The notes beneath the pieces were generated by a model. That model was given only the letters and a program-made list of their open reading frames with translations, was not told where the DNA came from and did no database searches. A stretch of 32,000 bases of DNA, taken from Bacillus subtilis subsp. subtilis str. 168. GTDB taxonomy: Bacteria; Bacillota; Bacilli; Bacillales; Bacillaceae. The translations under genes were made by a program, and so were the position numbers. Shown here piece after piece: positions 7,844 through 18,261 of this stretch (position 1 is its first letter; the number at the start of each line of letters is the position of its first letter). The stretch spans positions 3,900,001-3,932,000 of the forward strand of contig NC_000964.3 of the NCBI RefSeq assembly GCF_000009045.1, given 5' to 3'.

Positions 7844-10264
7844 TTGAAAAAGGGGATCATTCGCTTTCTGCTTGTAAGTTTCGTCTTATTTTTTGCGTTA
7901 TCCACAGGCATTACGGGCGTTCAGGCAGCTCCGGCTTCTTCAAAAACGTCGGCTGATCTGGAAAAAGCCGAGGTATTCGGTGATATCGATATGACGACAA
8001 GCAAAAAAACAACCGTTATAGTGGAATTAAAAGAAAAATCCTTGGCAGAAGCGAAGGAAGCGGGAGAAAGCCAATCGAAAAGCAAGCTGAAAACCGCTCG
8101 CACCAAAGCAAAAAACAAAGCAATCAAAGCAGTGAAAAACGGAAAAGTAAACCGGGAATATGAGCAGGTATTCTCAGGCTTCTCTATGAAGCTTCCAGCT
8201 AATGAGATTCCAAAACTTCTAGCGGTAAAAGACGTTAAGGCAGTGTACCCGAACGTCACATATAAAACAGACAATATGAAGGATAAAGACGTCACAATCT
8301 CCGAAGACGCCGTATCTCCGCAAATGGATGACAGTGCGCCTTATATCGGAGCAAACGATGCATGGGATTTAGGCTACACAGGAAAAGGCATCAAGGTGGC
8401 GATTATTGACACTGGGGTTGAATACAATCACCCAGATCTGAAGAAAAACTTTGGACAATATAAAGGATACGATTTTGTGGACAATGATTACGATCCAAAA
8501 GAAACACCAACCGGCGATCCGAGGGGCGAGGCAACTGACCATGGCACACACGTAGCCGGAACTGTGGCTGCAAACGGAACGATTAAAGGCGTAGCGCCTG
8601 ATGCCACACTTCTTGCTTATCGTGTGTTAGGGCCTGGCGGAAGCGGCACAACGGAAAACGTCATCGCGGGCGTGGAACGTGCAGTGCAGGACGGGGCAGA
8701 TGTGATGAACCTGTCTCTCGGAAACTCTTTAAACAACCCGGACTGGGCGACAAGCACAGCGCTTGACTGGGCCATGTCAGAAGGCGTTGTCGCTGTTACC
8801 TCAAACGGCAACAGCGGACCGAACGGCTGGACAGTCGGATCGCCGGGCACATCAAGAGAAGCGATTTCTGTCGGTGCGACTCAGCTGCCGCTCAATGAAT
8901 ACGCCGTCACTTTCGGCTCCTACTCTTCAGCAAAAGTGATGGGCTACAACAAAGAGGACGACGTCAAAGCGCTCAATAACAAAGAAGTTGAGCTTGTCGA
9001 AGCGGGAATCGGCGAAGCAAAGGATTTTGAAGGGAAAGACCTGACAGGCAAAGTCGCCGTTGTCAAACGAGGCAGCATTGCATTTGTGGATAAAGCGGAT
9101 AACGCTAAAAAAGCCGGTGCAATCGGCATGGTTGTGTATAACAACCTCTCTGGAGAAATTGAAGCCAATGTGCCAGGCATGTCTGTCCCAACGATTAAGC
9201 TTTCATTAGAAGACGGCGAAAAACTCGTCAGCGCCCTGAAAGCTGGTGAGACAAAAACAACATTCAAGTTGACGGTCTCAAAAGCGCTCGGTGAACAAGT
9301 CGCTGATTTCTCATCACGCGGCCCTGTTATGGATACGTGGATGATTAAGCCTGATATTTCCGCGCCAGGGGTCAATATCGTGAGCACGATCCCAACACAC
9401 GATCCTGACCATCCATACGGCTACGGATCAAAACAAGGAACAAGCATGGCATCGCCTCATATTGCCGGAGCGGTTGCCGTTATTAAACAAGCCAAACCAA
9501 AGTGGAGCGTTGAACAGATTAAAGCCGCCATCATGAATACCGCTGTCACTTTAAAGGATAGCGATGGGGAAGTATATCCGCATAACGCTCAAGGCGCAGG
9601 CAGCGCAAGAATTATGAACGCAATCAAAGCCGATTCGCTCGTCTCACCTGGAAGCTATTCATACGGCACGTTCTTGAAGGAAAACGGAAACGAAACAAAA
9701 AATGAAACGTTTACGATTGAAAATCAATCTTCCATTAGAAAGTCATACACACTTGAATACTCATTTAATGGCAGCGGCATTTCCACATCCGGCACAAGCC
9801 GTGTTGTGATTCCGGCACATCAAACCGGGAAAGCCACTGCAAAAGTAAAGGTCAATACGAAGAAAACAAAAGCTGGCACCTATGAAGGAACGGTTATCGT
9901 CAGAGAAGGCGGAAAAACGGTCGCTAAGGTACCTACATTGCTGATTGTGAAAGAGCCCGATTATCCGAGAGTCACATCTGTCTCTGTCAGCGAAGGGTCT
10001 GTACAAGGTACCTATCAAATTGAAACCTACCTTCCTGCGGGAGCGGAAGAGCTGGCGTTCCTCGTCTATGACAGCAACCTTGATTTCGCAGGCCAAGCCG
10101 GCATTTATAAAAACCAAGATAAAGGTTACCAGTACTTTGACTGGGACGGCACGATTAATGGCGGAACCAAACTTCCGGCCGGAGAGTATTACTTGCTCGC
10201 ATATGCCGCGAACAAAGGCAAGTCAAGCCAGGTTTTGACCGAAGAACCTTTCACTGTTGAATAA
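7844..10264 (+). CDS. vpr: Minor extracellular serine protease Vpr (subtilisin family, S8)
   Basis: 806 aa; signal peptide, I9-type propeptide, catalytic motifs VAIIDTGVEYNHPDL, HGTHVAG, GTSMASPHIAGAVA, and an inserted PA-like domain. TTG start after AAAGGGGG. Confidence 0.97.
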   Translation: MKKGIIRFLLVSFVLFFALSTGITGVQAAPASSKTSADLEKAEVFGDIDMTTSKKTTVIVELKEKSLAEAKEAGESQSKSKLKTARTKAKNKAIKAVKNGKVNREYEQVFSGFSMKLPANEIPKLLAVKDVKAVYPNVTYKTDNMKDKDVTISEDAVSPQMDDSAPYIGANDAWDLGYTGKGIKVAIIDTGVEYNHPDLKKNFGQYKGYDFVDNDYDPKETPTGDPRGEATDHGTHVAGTVAANGTIKGVAPDATLLAYRVLGPGGSGTTENVIAGVERAVQDGADVMNLSLGNSLNNPDWATSTALDWAMSEGVVAVTSNGNSGPNGWTVGSPGTSREAISVGATQLPLNEYAVTFGSYSSAKVMGYNKEDDVKALNNKEVELVEAGIGEAKDFEGKDLTGKVAVVKRGSIAFVDKADNAKKAGAIGMVVYNNLSGEIEANVPGMSVPTIKLSLEDGEKLVSALKAGETKTTFKLTVSKALGEQVADFSSRGPVMDTWMIKPDISAPGVNIVSTIPTHDPDHPYGYGSKQGTSMASPHIAGAVAVIKQAKPKWSVEQIKAAIMNTAVTLKDSDGEVYPHNAQGAGSARIMNAIKADSLVSPGSYSYGTFLKENGNETKNETFTIENQSSIRKSYTLEYSFNGSGISTSGTSRVVIPAHQTGKATAKVKVNTKKTKAGTYEGTVIVREGGKTVAKVPTLLIVKEPDYPRVTSVSVSEGSVQGTYQIETYLPAGAEELAFLVYDSNLDFAGQAGIYKNQDKGYQYFDWDGTINGGTKLPAGEYYLLAYAANKGKSSQVLTEEPFTVE

Positions 10265-10299
10265 GAAAAAGCCCTGCCGATTCGGCAGGGCTTTTTAAA
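10265..10299 (+). terminator. Terminator between convergent vpr and ywcH
   Basis: AGAAAAAGCCCTGCCGATTCGGCAGGGCTTTTT; stem AAAAAGCCCTGCCG/CGGCAGGGCTTTTT, likely works for both strands. Confidence 0.85.
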
Positions 10300-10301
10300 G
10301 A

Positions 10302-11303
10302 TCAGTCAGCAAACGCCTCCTGCAATAAGCGATACGATCGGAGCTTATCTTCAAAATGATGCGTGATGGTCACCACCATGATTTCCTCTGTTTCATACGC
10401 GTTACTCAAAGCTAACAGCCGCTCCTTAACCTGTTCTTTCGTACCAACAATCATTCGATTTCGATTATCAGCAATTCGTCTCTGTTCATAAGGAGAATAC
10501 GTATTTTTCCGAACAGCTTCATACGAAGGAACTCCCTCTAAAGGAATACCCTGCTCTCCCGCCAAAAGTGTAAAATCAAGCACAGCCCCAAGCTCCTCTG
10601 CCTTCTCCTCCGTGTCAGCACAAAGAACAAAAACAGCAACTGCCGCTCGAGGCGTATCTCCTAACACAGACGGTTTGAATCGCCTCTTATACTGTCTGAC
10701 AGTACCCTCTCCGCCCTCTCCATTGATAAAATGGGCAAACATATAGCCAGCGCCAGATTCAGCTGCGAGCAGCGCGCTTTCTCCAGATGAGCCGAGCAGC
10801 CACACATCCGGAGCCGTTGAAATATGCGGCGCAGCGGTCAGATTCGGAAAACGGTGTTTGTCATCCGCCAAATCATGCAAATACATGGTCAGCTCCTTAA
10901 TTTGCTGCGGATACTGATCAGCATTGCGCTTACCACCGTCATTCAGCGCCCATGATGCAATCGGCATTCCCCCCGGTGCTCTGCCAAGCCCCAGGTCAAT
11001 TCTTCCTGGTGTCAGCCCCTCCAGAACACGAAAGTTTTCAGCTACTTTATAAGCACTGTAATGCGGCAGCATGACTCCTCCTGATCCAACACGAATTCGC
11101 TTTGTTTTCGCTGCTATATGACTGATTAGCACCTCAGGACTGGACCCTGCCAGCCGTTTTGAAAAGTGATGCTCAGAAACCCAAAATCTCTTATATCCAA
11201 GGTCCTCAGCAGCTTGGGCAAGCGCAACGGTTTGCTGTAAGGCCGTTTCTGCATTGCTGCCCTCTGATACTGGAGATTGATCTAATATACTTAATGAAAC
11301 CAT
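10302..11303 (-). CDS. ywcH: Luciferase-like monooxygenase family protein
   Basis: MVSLSILDQSPVSEGSNAETALQQTVALAQAAEDLGYKRFWVSEHHF...; read directly on the minus strand (stop TCA at 10302-10304; ATG at 11303 after GAGGTGG). The track labels it + in error. Confidence 0.93.
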   Translation of the reverse strand: MVSLSILDQSPVSEGSNAETALQQTVALAQAAEDLGYKRFWVSEHHFSKRLAGSSPEVLISHIAAKTKRIRVGSGGVMLPHYSAYKVAENFRVLEGLTPGRIDLGLGRAPGGMPIASWALNDGGKRNADQYPQQIKELTMYLHDLADDKHRFPNLTAAPHISTAPDVWLLGSSGESALLAAESGAGYMFAHFINGEGGEGTVRQYKRRFKPSVLGDTPRAAVAVFVLCADTEEKAEELGAVLDFTLLAGEQGIPLEGVPSYEAVRKNTYSPYEQRRIADNRNRMIVGTKEQVKERLLALSNAYETEEIMVVTITHHFEDKLRSYRLLQEAFAD

Positions 11304-11430
11304 CCCTACCACCTCATCCTCATCGTATCACTGATCCCCTATTTTTTCTCCAAAGCCGCTCACACTGCTTATCAGTGTCCCCTATCATTCGCCATTTATT
11401 TGTGAAAGCATGTCCCTATTTGTCGGAATA

Positions 11431-11446
11431 TGTTACACGTGAAACA
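11431..11446. promoter_or_regulatory. parS site (Spo0J/ParB-binding)
   Basis: TGTTACACGTGAAACA matches the 16-bp consensus TGTTNCACGTGAAACA at every position. Confidence 0.93.
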
Positions 11447-11448
11447 TA

Positions 11449-11470
11449 AAAACCCCTCCAGACGGAGAGG
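11449..11470 (-). terminator. Terminator downstream of nfrA
   Basis: Minus strand AACCTCTCC-GTCT-GGAGGGGTTTTT, close after the nfrA stop at 11477. Confidence 0.75.
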
Positions 11471-11476
11471 TTTGCT

Positions 11477-12226
11477 TTAGTTTTTATTAAAGCCCTTTTC
11501 TTTCACGTAGTCATTTAAATACGTACGCGGCTTTTGCTTCATAAAGTTCAGTATTTGATCGGACCACGTTTCTTCCCGCTTCCCGTTTGTTCTTTCTCTA
11601 TAGTAATCAGAAATGGTTTTGTCATACGTATTCATAGTATGACGGAAATCGTCTGTGTTCACATTATACGTATTTTCATGATAAACGGCCTGCTTTGGCA
11701 ATCTCGGTTTTTTGCCGGAAAGGTTCGCAGGATGGCCTACTGCCAGTCCGAAAAGCGGGAGCACATGGTCAGGCGTTTGCAGCACCTCTGTCACCTTGTC
11801 CAATTCATTCCGAATGCCGCCGATATAGCAAATGCCAAGCCCCATGGATTCAGCGGCAATGCTCATATTTTGCGCTGCCAGCGCCGCATCAATCAAGCTA
11901 ACCATAAACATTTCTGTATTCTCGAGCAGCTCAGAAATATGTTCACCTTTTTCCTCAGCCAGTTGTTGATGGCGGTACAAATCCGCACAAAATACAAAAA
12001 AGTGTCCGTTCTTCTCAACGTAAGGCTGATTCCCAGCAAGCACGGACAGCTCACGTTTTTTCTCAGGATCAGAAACCCCGATAATCGAATATGCCTGCAC
12101 ATAGCTGGATGTAGACGCAGCCTGCGCACTTTTCACTAATGTATCAATTTCTTCAGCTGTCAAAAGCTGATCAGTAAAAGACCGGATTGACCGATGATTC
12201 AAAATGGTTTCGATTGTGTTATTCAT
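11477..12226 (-). CDS. nfrA: FMN-containing NADPH-linked nitro/flavin reductase NfrA
   Basis: Nitroreductase fold (NNTIETILNHRSIRSFTDQLLTAEEID..., AAESMGLGICYIGGIRN, VGHPA). ATG at 12226 preceded by AGGAGG (249 aa). Confidence 0.93.
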   Translation of the reverse strand: MNNTIETILNHRSIRSFTDQLLTAEEIDTLVKSAQAASTSSYVQAYSIIGVSDPEKKRELSVLAGNQPYVEKNGHFFVFCADLYRHQQLAEEKGEHISELLENTEMFMVSLIDAALAAQNMSIAAESMGLGICYIGGIRNELDKVTEVLQTPDHVLPLFGLAVGHPANLSGKKPRLPKQAVYHENTYNVNTDDFRHTMNTYDKTISDYYRERTNGKREETWSDQILNFMKQKPRTYLNDYVKEKGFNKN

Positions 12227-12296
12227 CACAAAAACCTCCTTATCACTTTTTATCATATCCGAAAAAAAGTGATCTCAAAAGTGAAATGCTCTGCAC

Positions 12297-12325
12297 AAAA
12301 AAAGACAGCCTCTGTAAAGGCTGTC
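12297..12325 (-). terminator. Terminator downstream of rodA
   Basis: Minus strand GACAGCC-TTTACAGA-GGCTGTC followed by T7. Confidence 0.85.
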
Positions 12326-12331
12326 TGCATA

Positions 12332-13513
12332 TCAAGAATTAAAAAGATAACTTCTGTATTTCGTCAGCTGCACACTTGCATTATATACAATCCCAAATCC
12401 GATTAACGTGGAAAGTGTCGAGCTTCCCCCATAGCTGACAAACAGCAGCGGAATCCCGGTAACAGGCATAATGCCAATGTTCATTCCGATATTCTGGAAT
12501 GTGTGGATCACAATTAACGCCGTATAGCCAACGCAAAAGAAAGAAGCGAAACGGTTAAACGGATGTATTTTGTCTATCAGAACAACAAGCCTGTAGATTA
12601 AAAAGAAGAACATGATGACAACAATTGCACAGCCTATAAAGCCAAATGACTCACCTATTATAGAAAAGATAAAGTCAGTCGTACTCTCTGGAACATAAAC
12701 CTTCAAATTAGAAATACCATTACCTAAAATACCACCAGATCCTATTGCCATGATGGCCTGGTCAACTTGCCAGCTGTCATTTGAATCTTCCTGTGTCTCA
12801 TTTGAAGCAGACACCCAAGAAGTGACCCGCTTAATTTGATAATCCTGTATTCCAACTGATTTAGCAACGTCAGGAAAGTTTATCATTACTAATAAAATTA
12901 ATGAAATGAGTAAGATACCTGAACCAGCTATGATCGCAATCAATTTCCAATTTATCCCTGACATAAAAACCATTACAAGAACGATAAACATACATATTCC
13001 CGCAGTCCCAGCATCCTGCATCAGGATAAGACCTACAGGAATAACTGCGACACCCGCAATCTTTAATAACAAGTGGATATCATCCCTAAGCGTCCGAACT
13101 CCTTTAGGATTTGCTTTTCCAATAACTGAAGCAAGCATCATAATCAAACCAACCTTCATAAACTCTGACGGCTGTATTGTTATTCTACCGATCCTAAACC
13201 AACTTTTTGCCCCTTTAATAACAGGTGCAATAGACTCGGGACTGATTTTAAGAATAATCAAAGATAAAATACCAATGATAAAAATATATAAACTTAACTT
13301 TTCAAGCTGTTCTAAATCAAAGTACAAAAGAACTGTAATGGCTACAGCCCCCAAAAGATAAAACACAATTTGCTGAATCCAATCCGTGTTCCCATACTGC
13401 CCAAACTGACCGGCAGCATATATTGATACTACGCTTATAATAAAAAACACACCAAATATAAAAATCAAATCCCCCTGGTAAAAGGGGCTTTGCTGTTTCT
13501 TATATCGACTCAT
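12332..13513 (-). CDS. rodA: RodA/FtsW/SpoVE (SEDS) family cell-shape glycosyltransferase
   Basis: 393 aa polytopic protein with SEDS motifs ([64 protein letters not shown]). Confidence 0.95.
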
Positions 13514-13900
13514 TCTATCCCGCCTTACATTTTCATCGGAAAATCACTAATGTTTATTATACATGAACCACGTTCAAGATGACACGTGAAGCTCGCTTCC
13601 TTTTATGTTTTTTCAGCATTTGCGGCGCTTTTTCAGCTACACGAAATATGACGTATCATAAACCGAAATGTTTCGATTGACACAAAACTTTTCAAATGAA
13701 AAAAACGCCATACCAATAGAATTTGTTAAAAAACGAATGCGATAATGTGTTATGTTCCCAAATAATGTGATACCTCATATAGAAATAGCTAAAAATTCAG
13801 AGCCCCATGCCCATACATTCTCCTAGCACATTAAACGAAAAAATAAGACGATAGATCCAGTCCATTTCTGCAAAAACACGTATCAATTTCTGGAAAACAT

Positions 13901-13908
13901 GGTATAAT
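13901..13908 (+). promoter_or_regulatory. Candidate extended -10 promoter element in the rodA-ywcE intergenic region
   Basis: TGGTATAAT motif about 100 nt upstream of the ywcE ATG. No good -35. Confidence 0.35.
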
Positions 13909-14008
13909 AATTGTAACAGAATGTTCAAAAAACAATCACAAAACAGACACAACTCAGTTCCTCTATTTCATTTTTGTAAACGTTATCACAAAATGAAAGG
14001 AGACGGGT

Positions 14009-14272
14009 ATGATGGACATGTTTTTTGCTTACTTATTGGTTGCCAGCGCAACGCCTCTCTTTATTTGGCTTGATAACAAAAAAGTCGCACTCTCAGCTAT
14101 TCCGCCAATCATTTTAATGTGGGTATTCTTCTTCTTTTACGCAACAGAAAGCCTTTCTCCACTTGGACACACTCTCATGATTATCTTGTTTGCCGTTAAC
14201 GTCATTGTCGCTCATATCGCCGCATTTATCATTTACGGCCTTCCGTATCTTCGCAGAAAGCGAAGCAGCTGA
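14009..14272 (+). CDS. ywcE: Small holin-like membrane protein YwcE (linked to spore morphogenesis)
   Basis: 87 aa, three hydrophobic segments, charged C-terminus RRKRSS. AAAGGAGA RBS. Confidence 0.9.
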   Translation: MMDMFFAYLLVASATPLFIWLDNKKVALSAIPPIILMWVFFFFYATESLSPLGHTLMIILFAVNVIVAHIAAFIIYGLPYLRRKRSS

Positions 14273-14278
14273 AGACAG

Positions 14279-14312
14279 CAAAAAACCCTCTTCCACTGAA
14301 GAGGGTTTTTTG
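14279..14312. terminator. Bidirectional terminator between convergent ywcE and qoxD
   Basis: AAAAAACCCTCTTC-CACT-GAAGAGGGTTTTTT. Confidence 0.93.
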
Positions 14313-14314
14313 TA

Positions 14315-14689
14315 TTATTCGTTATGGCCTGAATGCTCTGAGTGTTCAGCGCCTCCAGGAGGATTTCCGTCCATATGGTCACCATGGTGATAGTGAGCCG
14401 CGAAAATCCAGATGGATCCAAGTACGATAACGATCGCGCCAAAGAATCCGAACAGCGTGTTTCCGACTTGGATCGTGCCGTTTTCGCTCTCTGTCATATG
14501 CATGAACATGAGAAGCTGCAGCGCCGCCTGAATGAAGGCGAAGCCGAAGATAATCCAAAGTTTTGCTGATGAGCTCAGGTCAGTATACACTGCAACCCAT
14601 AGAGCCAGCAGGGTCAAAACGATAGACAGGATAAAACCTACAATGTGTTTCCATGGAAAGTGACTGTGTTCAGCAGATTTGTTTGCCAT
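14315..14689 (-). CDS. qoxD: Cytochrome aa3 quinol oxidase subunit IV
   Basis: 124 aa from ATG at 14689 (MANKSAEHSHFPWKHIVGF...); QoxD/CyoD-like three-TM protein. Track start at 14749 overlaps qoxC and is unlikely. Confidence 0.93.
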   Translation of the reverse strand: MANKSAEHSHFPWKHIVGFILSIVLTLLALWVAVYTDLSSSAKLWIIFGFAFIQAALQLLMFMHMTESENGTIQVGNTLFGFFGAIVIVLGSIWIFAAHYHHGDHMDGNPPGGAEHSEHSGHNE

Positions 14690-14690
14690 T

Positions 14691-15305
14691 TTACAGACCC
14701 CCCAATCCCATGAGATAGACACCTGTAAAGATGAAAATCCATACAACATCTAAGAAGTGCCAGTACAAGCTTGAGATAAAGATTTTAGATGAAGTTTGCG
14801 GAGTTAAGCCGCGTTTCTTCAACTGAATCAGAATTCCTGTGATCCAGAAAATCCCGATTGTTACGTGAGTTCCGTGAGTTCCAAGTAAAACAAAGAATCC
14901 AGACCAGAACGCACTTGTACTGAGAGCCGCTCCTTCATGTACATAGTGAACAAACTCGTTGATCTCGCATCCGACGAAGCCGGCACCGAGAAGAAGAGTG
15001 ATAATTGTCCAAATGACTACGCCTTTTAAACTTCCGCGGCGCATTTCATGAACAGCGATCCCGCAGGTAAAGCTGCTGATCAGCAGCAAGAACGTCATAA
15101 TCATTACCAGATTGACTTCAAATAGTTCGTCTGGCAAGACACCTCCAGCTGTTCTGTTTTTAAGAACGAAGAAGGTTGCAAATAGTGTTGAGAACAACAC
15201 AATTTCTGCCCCTAAAAAGATCCAAAACCCGAGAATATTAAGTCTGCCGGTTTCAGATTGATATTCCATAGGCGCGTTAGAATTGCCGTGTTCTGCATGT
15301 TCCAT
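14691..15305 (-). CDS. qoxC: Cytochrome aa3 quinol oxidase subunit III
   Basis: 204 aa heme-copper oxidase subunit III (GTHGTHVTIGIFWI, SLYWHFLDVVWIFIF). Confidence 0.96.
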   Translation of the reverse strand: MEHAEHGNSNAPMEYQSETGRLNILGFWIFLGAEIVLFSTLFATFFVLKNRTAGGVLPDELFEVNLVMIMTFLLLISSFTCGIAVHEMRRGSLKGVVIWTIITLLLGAGFVGCEINEFVHYVHEGAALSTSAFWSGFFVLLGTHGTHVTIGIFWITGILIQLKKRGLTPQTSSKIFISSLYWHFLDVVWIFIFTGVYLMGLGGL

Positions 15306-15318
15306 AACTCACGCCTCC

Positions 15319-17268
15319 TTATTCGGAAATCTTTCTTTCCGTCTCTTTTATTTCATCAACACTAATGTAGTAGCCGTTGTCGTATTCGAATGAACGCAGA
15401 ACCATGCAGAGCAGGACTCCGATCAATCCGACTACGCCCATCCAGTACCATTCAAAGACAAGTCCAAAGCCTGCGAGACCGAAGGCAACAGACATAAAGA
15501 ACGGTCTGCCTGAGTTGCTTGGCATATGGATTTTCTTGAATTTGCTTTCAGGGTATAATTCAGTTTTTTCTTCTTTCATATGCAGGAATGCATCTTGAGA
15601 TTTGACTTCAGGAAGCACCGCAAAGTTGTAATGCGGCGGAATCGCAGAAGAAGTCGCCCAATCAAGCGTACGTCCCACACCCCATGAATCTCCGCTGATT
15701 TCACGAGTAGAGTAACGGAAGCTGTAGTAGATGTTATAGCAAAGGATTAAGAATCCTACACCCATCATGAAAGCTCCGACTGTTGAGATAAAGTTCAATG
15801 TTGTCCAGCCGTCATTCGGTCCGTATGTGTAAATACGGCGCGGCATGCCTTGAAGCCCCAAGAAATATTGCGGGAAGAAACAAATATTGAACCCGATCAT
15901 AAAGATCCAGAAGAACCATTTTCCGATTCTTTCGTTCAGCTTGTGGCCGAACATTTTTGGATACCAGAAAATAAATCCGGCGAAACAAGCAAATACAGTA
16001 CCCGCAATCAGCACATAGTGGAAGTGAGATACAAGGAAGTACGTATTATGGTATTGATAATCCGCTGCTGCCATCGCAAGCATAACCCCTGTAACCCCGC
16101 CGATAACGAAGTTAGGAATGAACGCAAGCGCCCACAGCATAGGTGTTGTAAAGCTGATTCGGCCTTTATACATTGTAAAGAGCCAGTTAAAGATTTTAAC
16201 CCCGGTTGGGATTGAGATTGCCATTGTCGTAATTGAGAAGAATGAGTTAACGGACGCACTGTTCCCCATTGTGAAGAAGTGGTGAGTCCAAACTAAGAAA
16301 CTCAATACAGAGATGGCGATAATAGAACCAACCATCGCTTTGTAACCAAACAATTGTTTTCTTGCAAAGCTTGAGATGATTTCTGAGAAAATACCAAACG
16401 CCGGAAGAATAACGATATATACTTCAGGATGTCCCCAAATCCAGAACAAGTTAGCCCAAAGCATCGGCATACCGCCTGCTTCCAATGTGAAAAAGTGAGC
16501 GCCGAACAAACGATCAAATGATAAAAGTGCTAATGCTACTGTAAGTACAGGGAACGCAAACACGATAATAACCATTGTGATCAGTGTTGTCCATGTGAAC
16601 ATCGGCATACGCATTAATGTCATGCCTTTTGTTCTCATTTTTAAGATTGTTACCATAAAGTTGATCCCTGTCATCAGGGTACCGATACCGGCAATCTGAA
16701 GTCCGAGGAGGTAGTAGTTCTCACCCGGCCCAGGGCTCATGTCGTTACTTGCAAGCGGCATATAACTCGTCCAGCCTGCGTTCGGAGAACCTCCGATAAC
16801 GAAAGAAATATTGAAAAGCATCGCCCCTACAAAGAACGTCCAGAAGCTCAGGTTGTTCAAGTAAGGGAACGCAACGTCGCGGGCACCGATTTGAAGAGGC
16901 ACAACAACGTTGATAAGACCGATTAAGAACGGCATCGCCATGAAGATGATCATGATTGTACCGTGAGTTGTAAAAATTTCATTATAGTGGTTTGAGTCTA
17001 AAAAACTGTTATTCGGAAGCGCTAGCTGGGCACGCATCATCAGACCGTCGACACCGCCACGGAATAACATAATTACAGCAGATATAATATACATGATTCC
17101 GAGTTTTTTATGGTCAACAGTAGTTATCCATTCAGACCACAGCCATTTCCACTTTTTGAAGTAAGTCAGAACAAAAATAATGGCAATGGTTGAAAGCGCA
17201 ATGGAAACTTGTGCGCCCAGAATTAATGGGTCACCAGTTACGAAAAATTCGTCCCATTTGAATTTCAT
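15319..17268 (-). CDS. qoxB: Cytochrome aa3 quinol oxidase subunit I
   Basis: 649 aa; heme-copper oxidase subunit I motifs [34 protein letters not shown]. Confidence 0.98.
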
Positions 17269-17295
17269 GCAGGCTTCCTCCTTTCCTGATCAATA

Positions 17296-18261
17296 TCATT
17301 CTTCTGTATCATCAGACTTCTTAAATTCGTTTTTCTTTACGTTTTCAAACGGATCTGTTTTAGAATGCGGTGAAACGGCTTGATAGCCAAGGCGTTTGCG
17401 CGCCTCCATCGCGTACTCAGCGTCTTGTCCGTGATCAACGTATTTCAAGTGAGTAGAAGAGAACGTTAATTCGTCCACATTTTCAGGAAGCATCAATTCA
17501 TCATACTTCTCTTTTGTCAGCTTAGGAGCCTCGTTCTGAGTCTTTTTCACCCAGCTGTTAAAGTCTTTTTCTGTGACTGCATTCACATCAAACTCTTGGT
17601 CTGCAAAATGTTCACCTGTGAAGTTCGCGTTGCGGCCTTCGTAAGTACCCACTTTGTCAGCCTGTAAGTATTGATCCATCAGCATTCCTGCCATCGCATA
17701 TTTTTGCCCTCCAAGCTGAGGAATCCATAGCGAAGCCATTGAATCTGCAGATGAGATTTTGAACAAGATCGGGCGGTCGACAGGAATGTTTAAGTAGTTG
17801 ACCGTTTCAATATCCTGTTCAGGGTAGCTAAATACCCATTTCCAGTCTACCGAAGTAGCATAAACAACAAGAGGCTCTTTGTCTTTTGTTGCTTCAGGAG
17901 CTTTTTCTAACGAATATATCGTCTGTACTGTTGGCACAGAAAGTGCAATGACGATTAAAATTGGGATCACTGTCCAGACTACTTCTAAAAACGTGTTACC
18001 GTGAATTTCTGGGTTATAAGATCCATTATCTTTGCCTTTACGGTCGCGGTATTTTACTAAAATAATGGTAAATAGAACAAAGACGACCCCGACGATAAAC
18101 AGCATAAATCCGATAGATAACAGGATTAAATCACTTTGCTGTTCAGCTACAGGTCCTTTCGGATCTAGTACTGAAGCATTGCTGCATCCCCCAAGGACGA
18201 AAACCACAGTTAACAGCGCTAATACAAGCAACGGTTTTAATGCTCTGAACAAGAAGATCAC
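17296..18261 (-). CDS. qoxA: Cytochrome aa3 quinol oxidase subunit II (lipoprotein)
   Basis: Subunit II with lipobox VLGGC and cupredoxin-like domain. GTG at 18261 (321 aa) or ATG at 18264; an upstream GGAAGG abuts the ATG, favouring the GTG. Confidence 0.95.
   Translation of the reverse strand: MIFLFRALKPLLVLALLTVVFVLGGCSNASVLDPKGPVAEQQSDLILLSIGFMLFIVGVVFVLFTIILVKYRDRKGKDNGSYNPEIHGNTFLEVVWTVIPILIVIALSVPTVQTIYSLEKAPEATKDKEPLVVYATSVDWKWVFSYPEQDIETVNYLNIPVDRPILFKISSADSMASLWIPQLGGQKYAMAGMLMDQYLQADKVGTYEGRNANFTGEHFADQEFDVNAVTEKDFNSWVKKTQNEAPKLTKEKYDELMLPENVDELTFSSTHLKYVDHGQDAEYAMEARKRLGYQAVSPHSKTDPFENVKKNEFKKSDDTEE

Noticed and set aside
12194-12406. 70-aa plus-strand ORF between nfrA and rodA
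   Set aside because: Runs over the rodA terminator and both gene ends; no coding signal.
13583-13590. CACGTGAA upstream of rodA considered as a parS half-site
   Set aside because: Only the core and AA match; the left arm is GATGA instead of TGTTN, so too degenerate to call.
15850-16215. 121-aa plus-strand ORF opposite qoxB
   Set aside because: Antisense to a highly conserved heme-copper oxidase subunit; no support.
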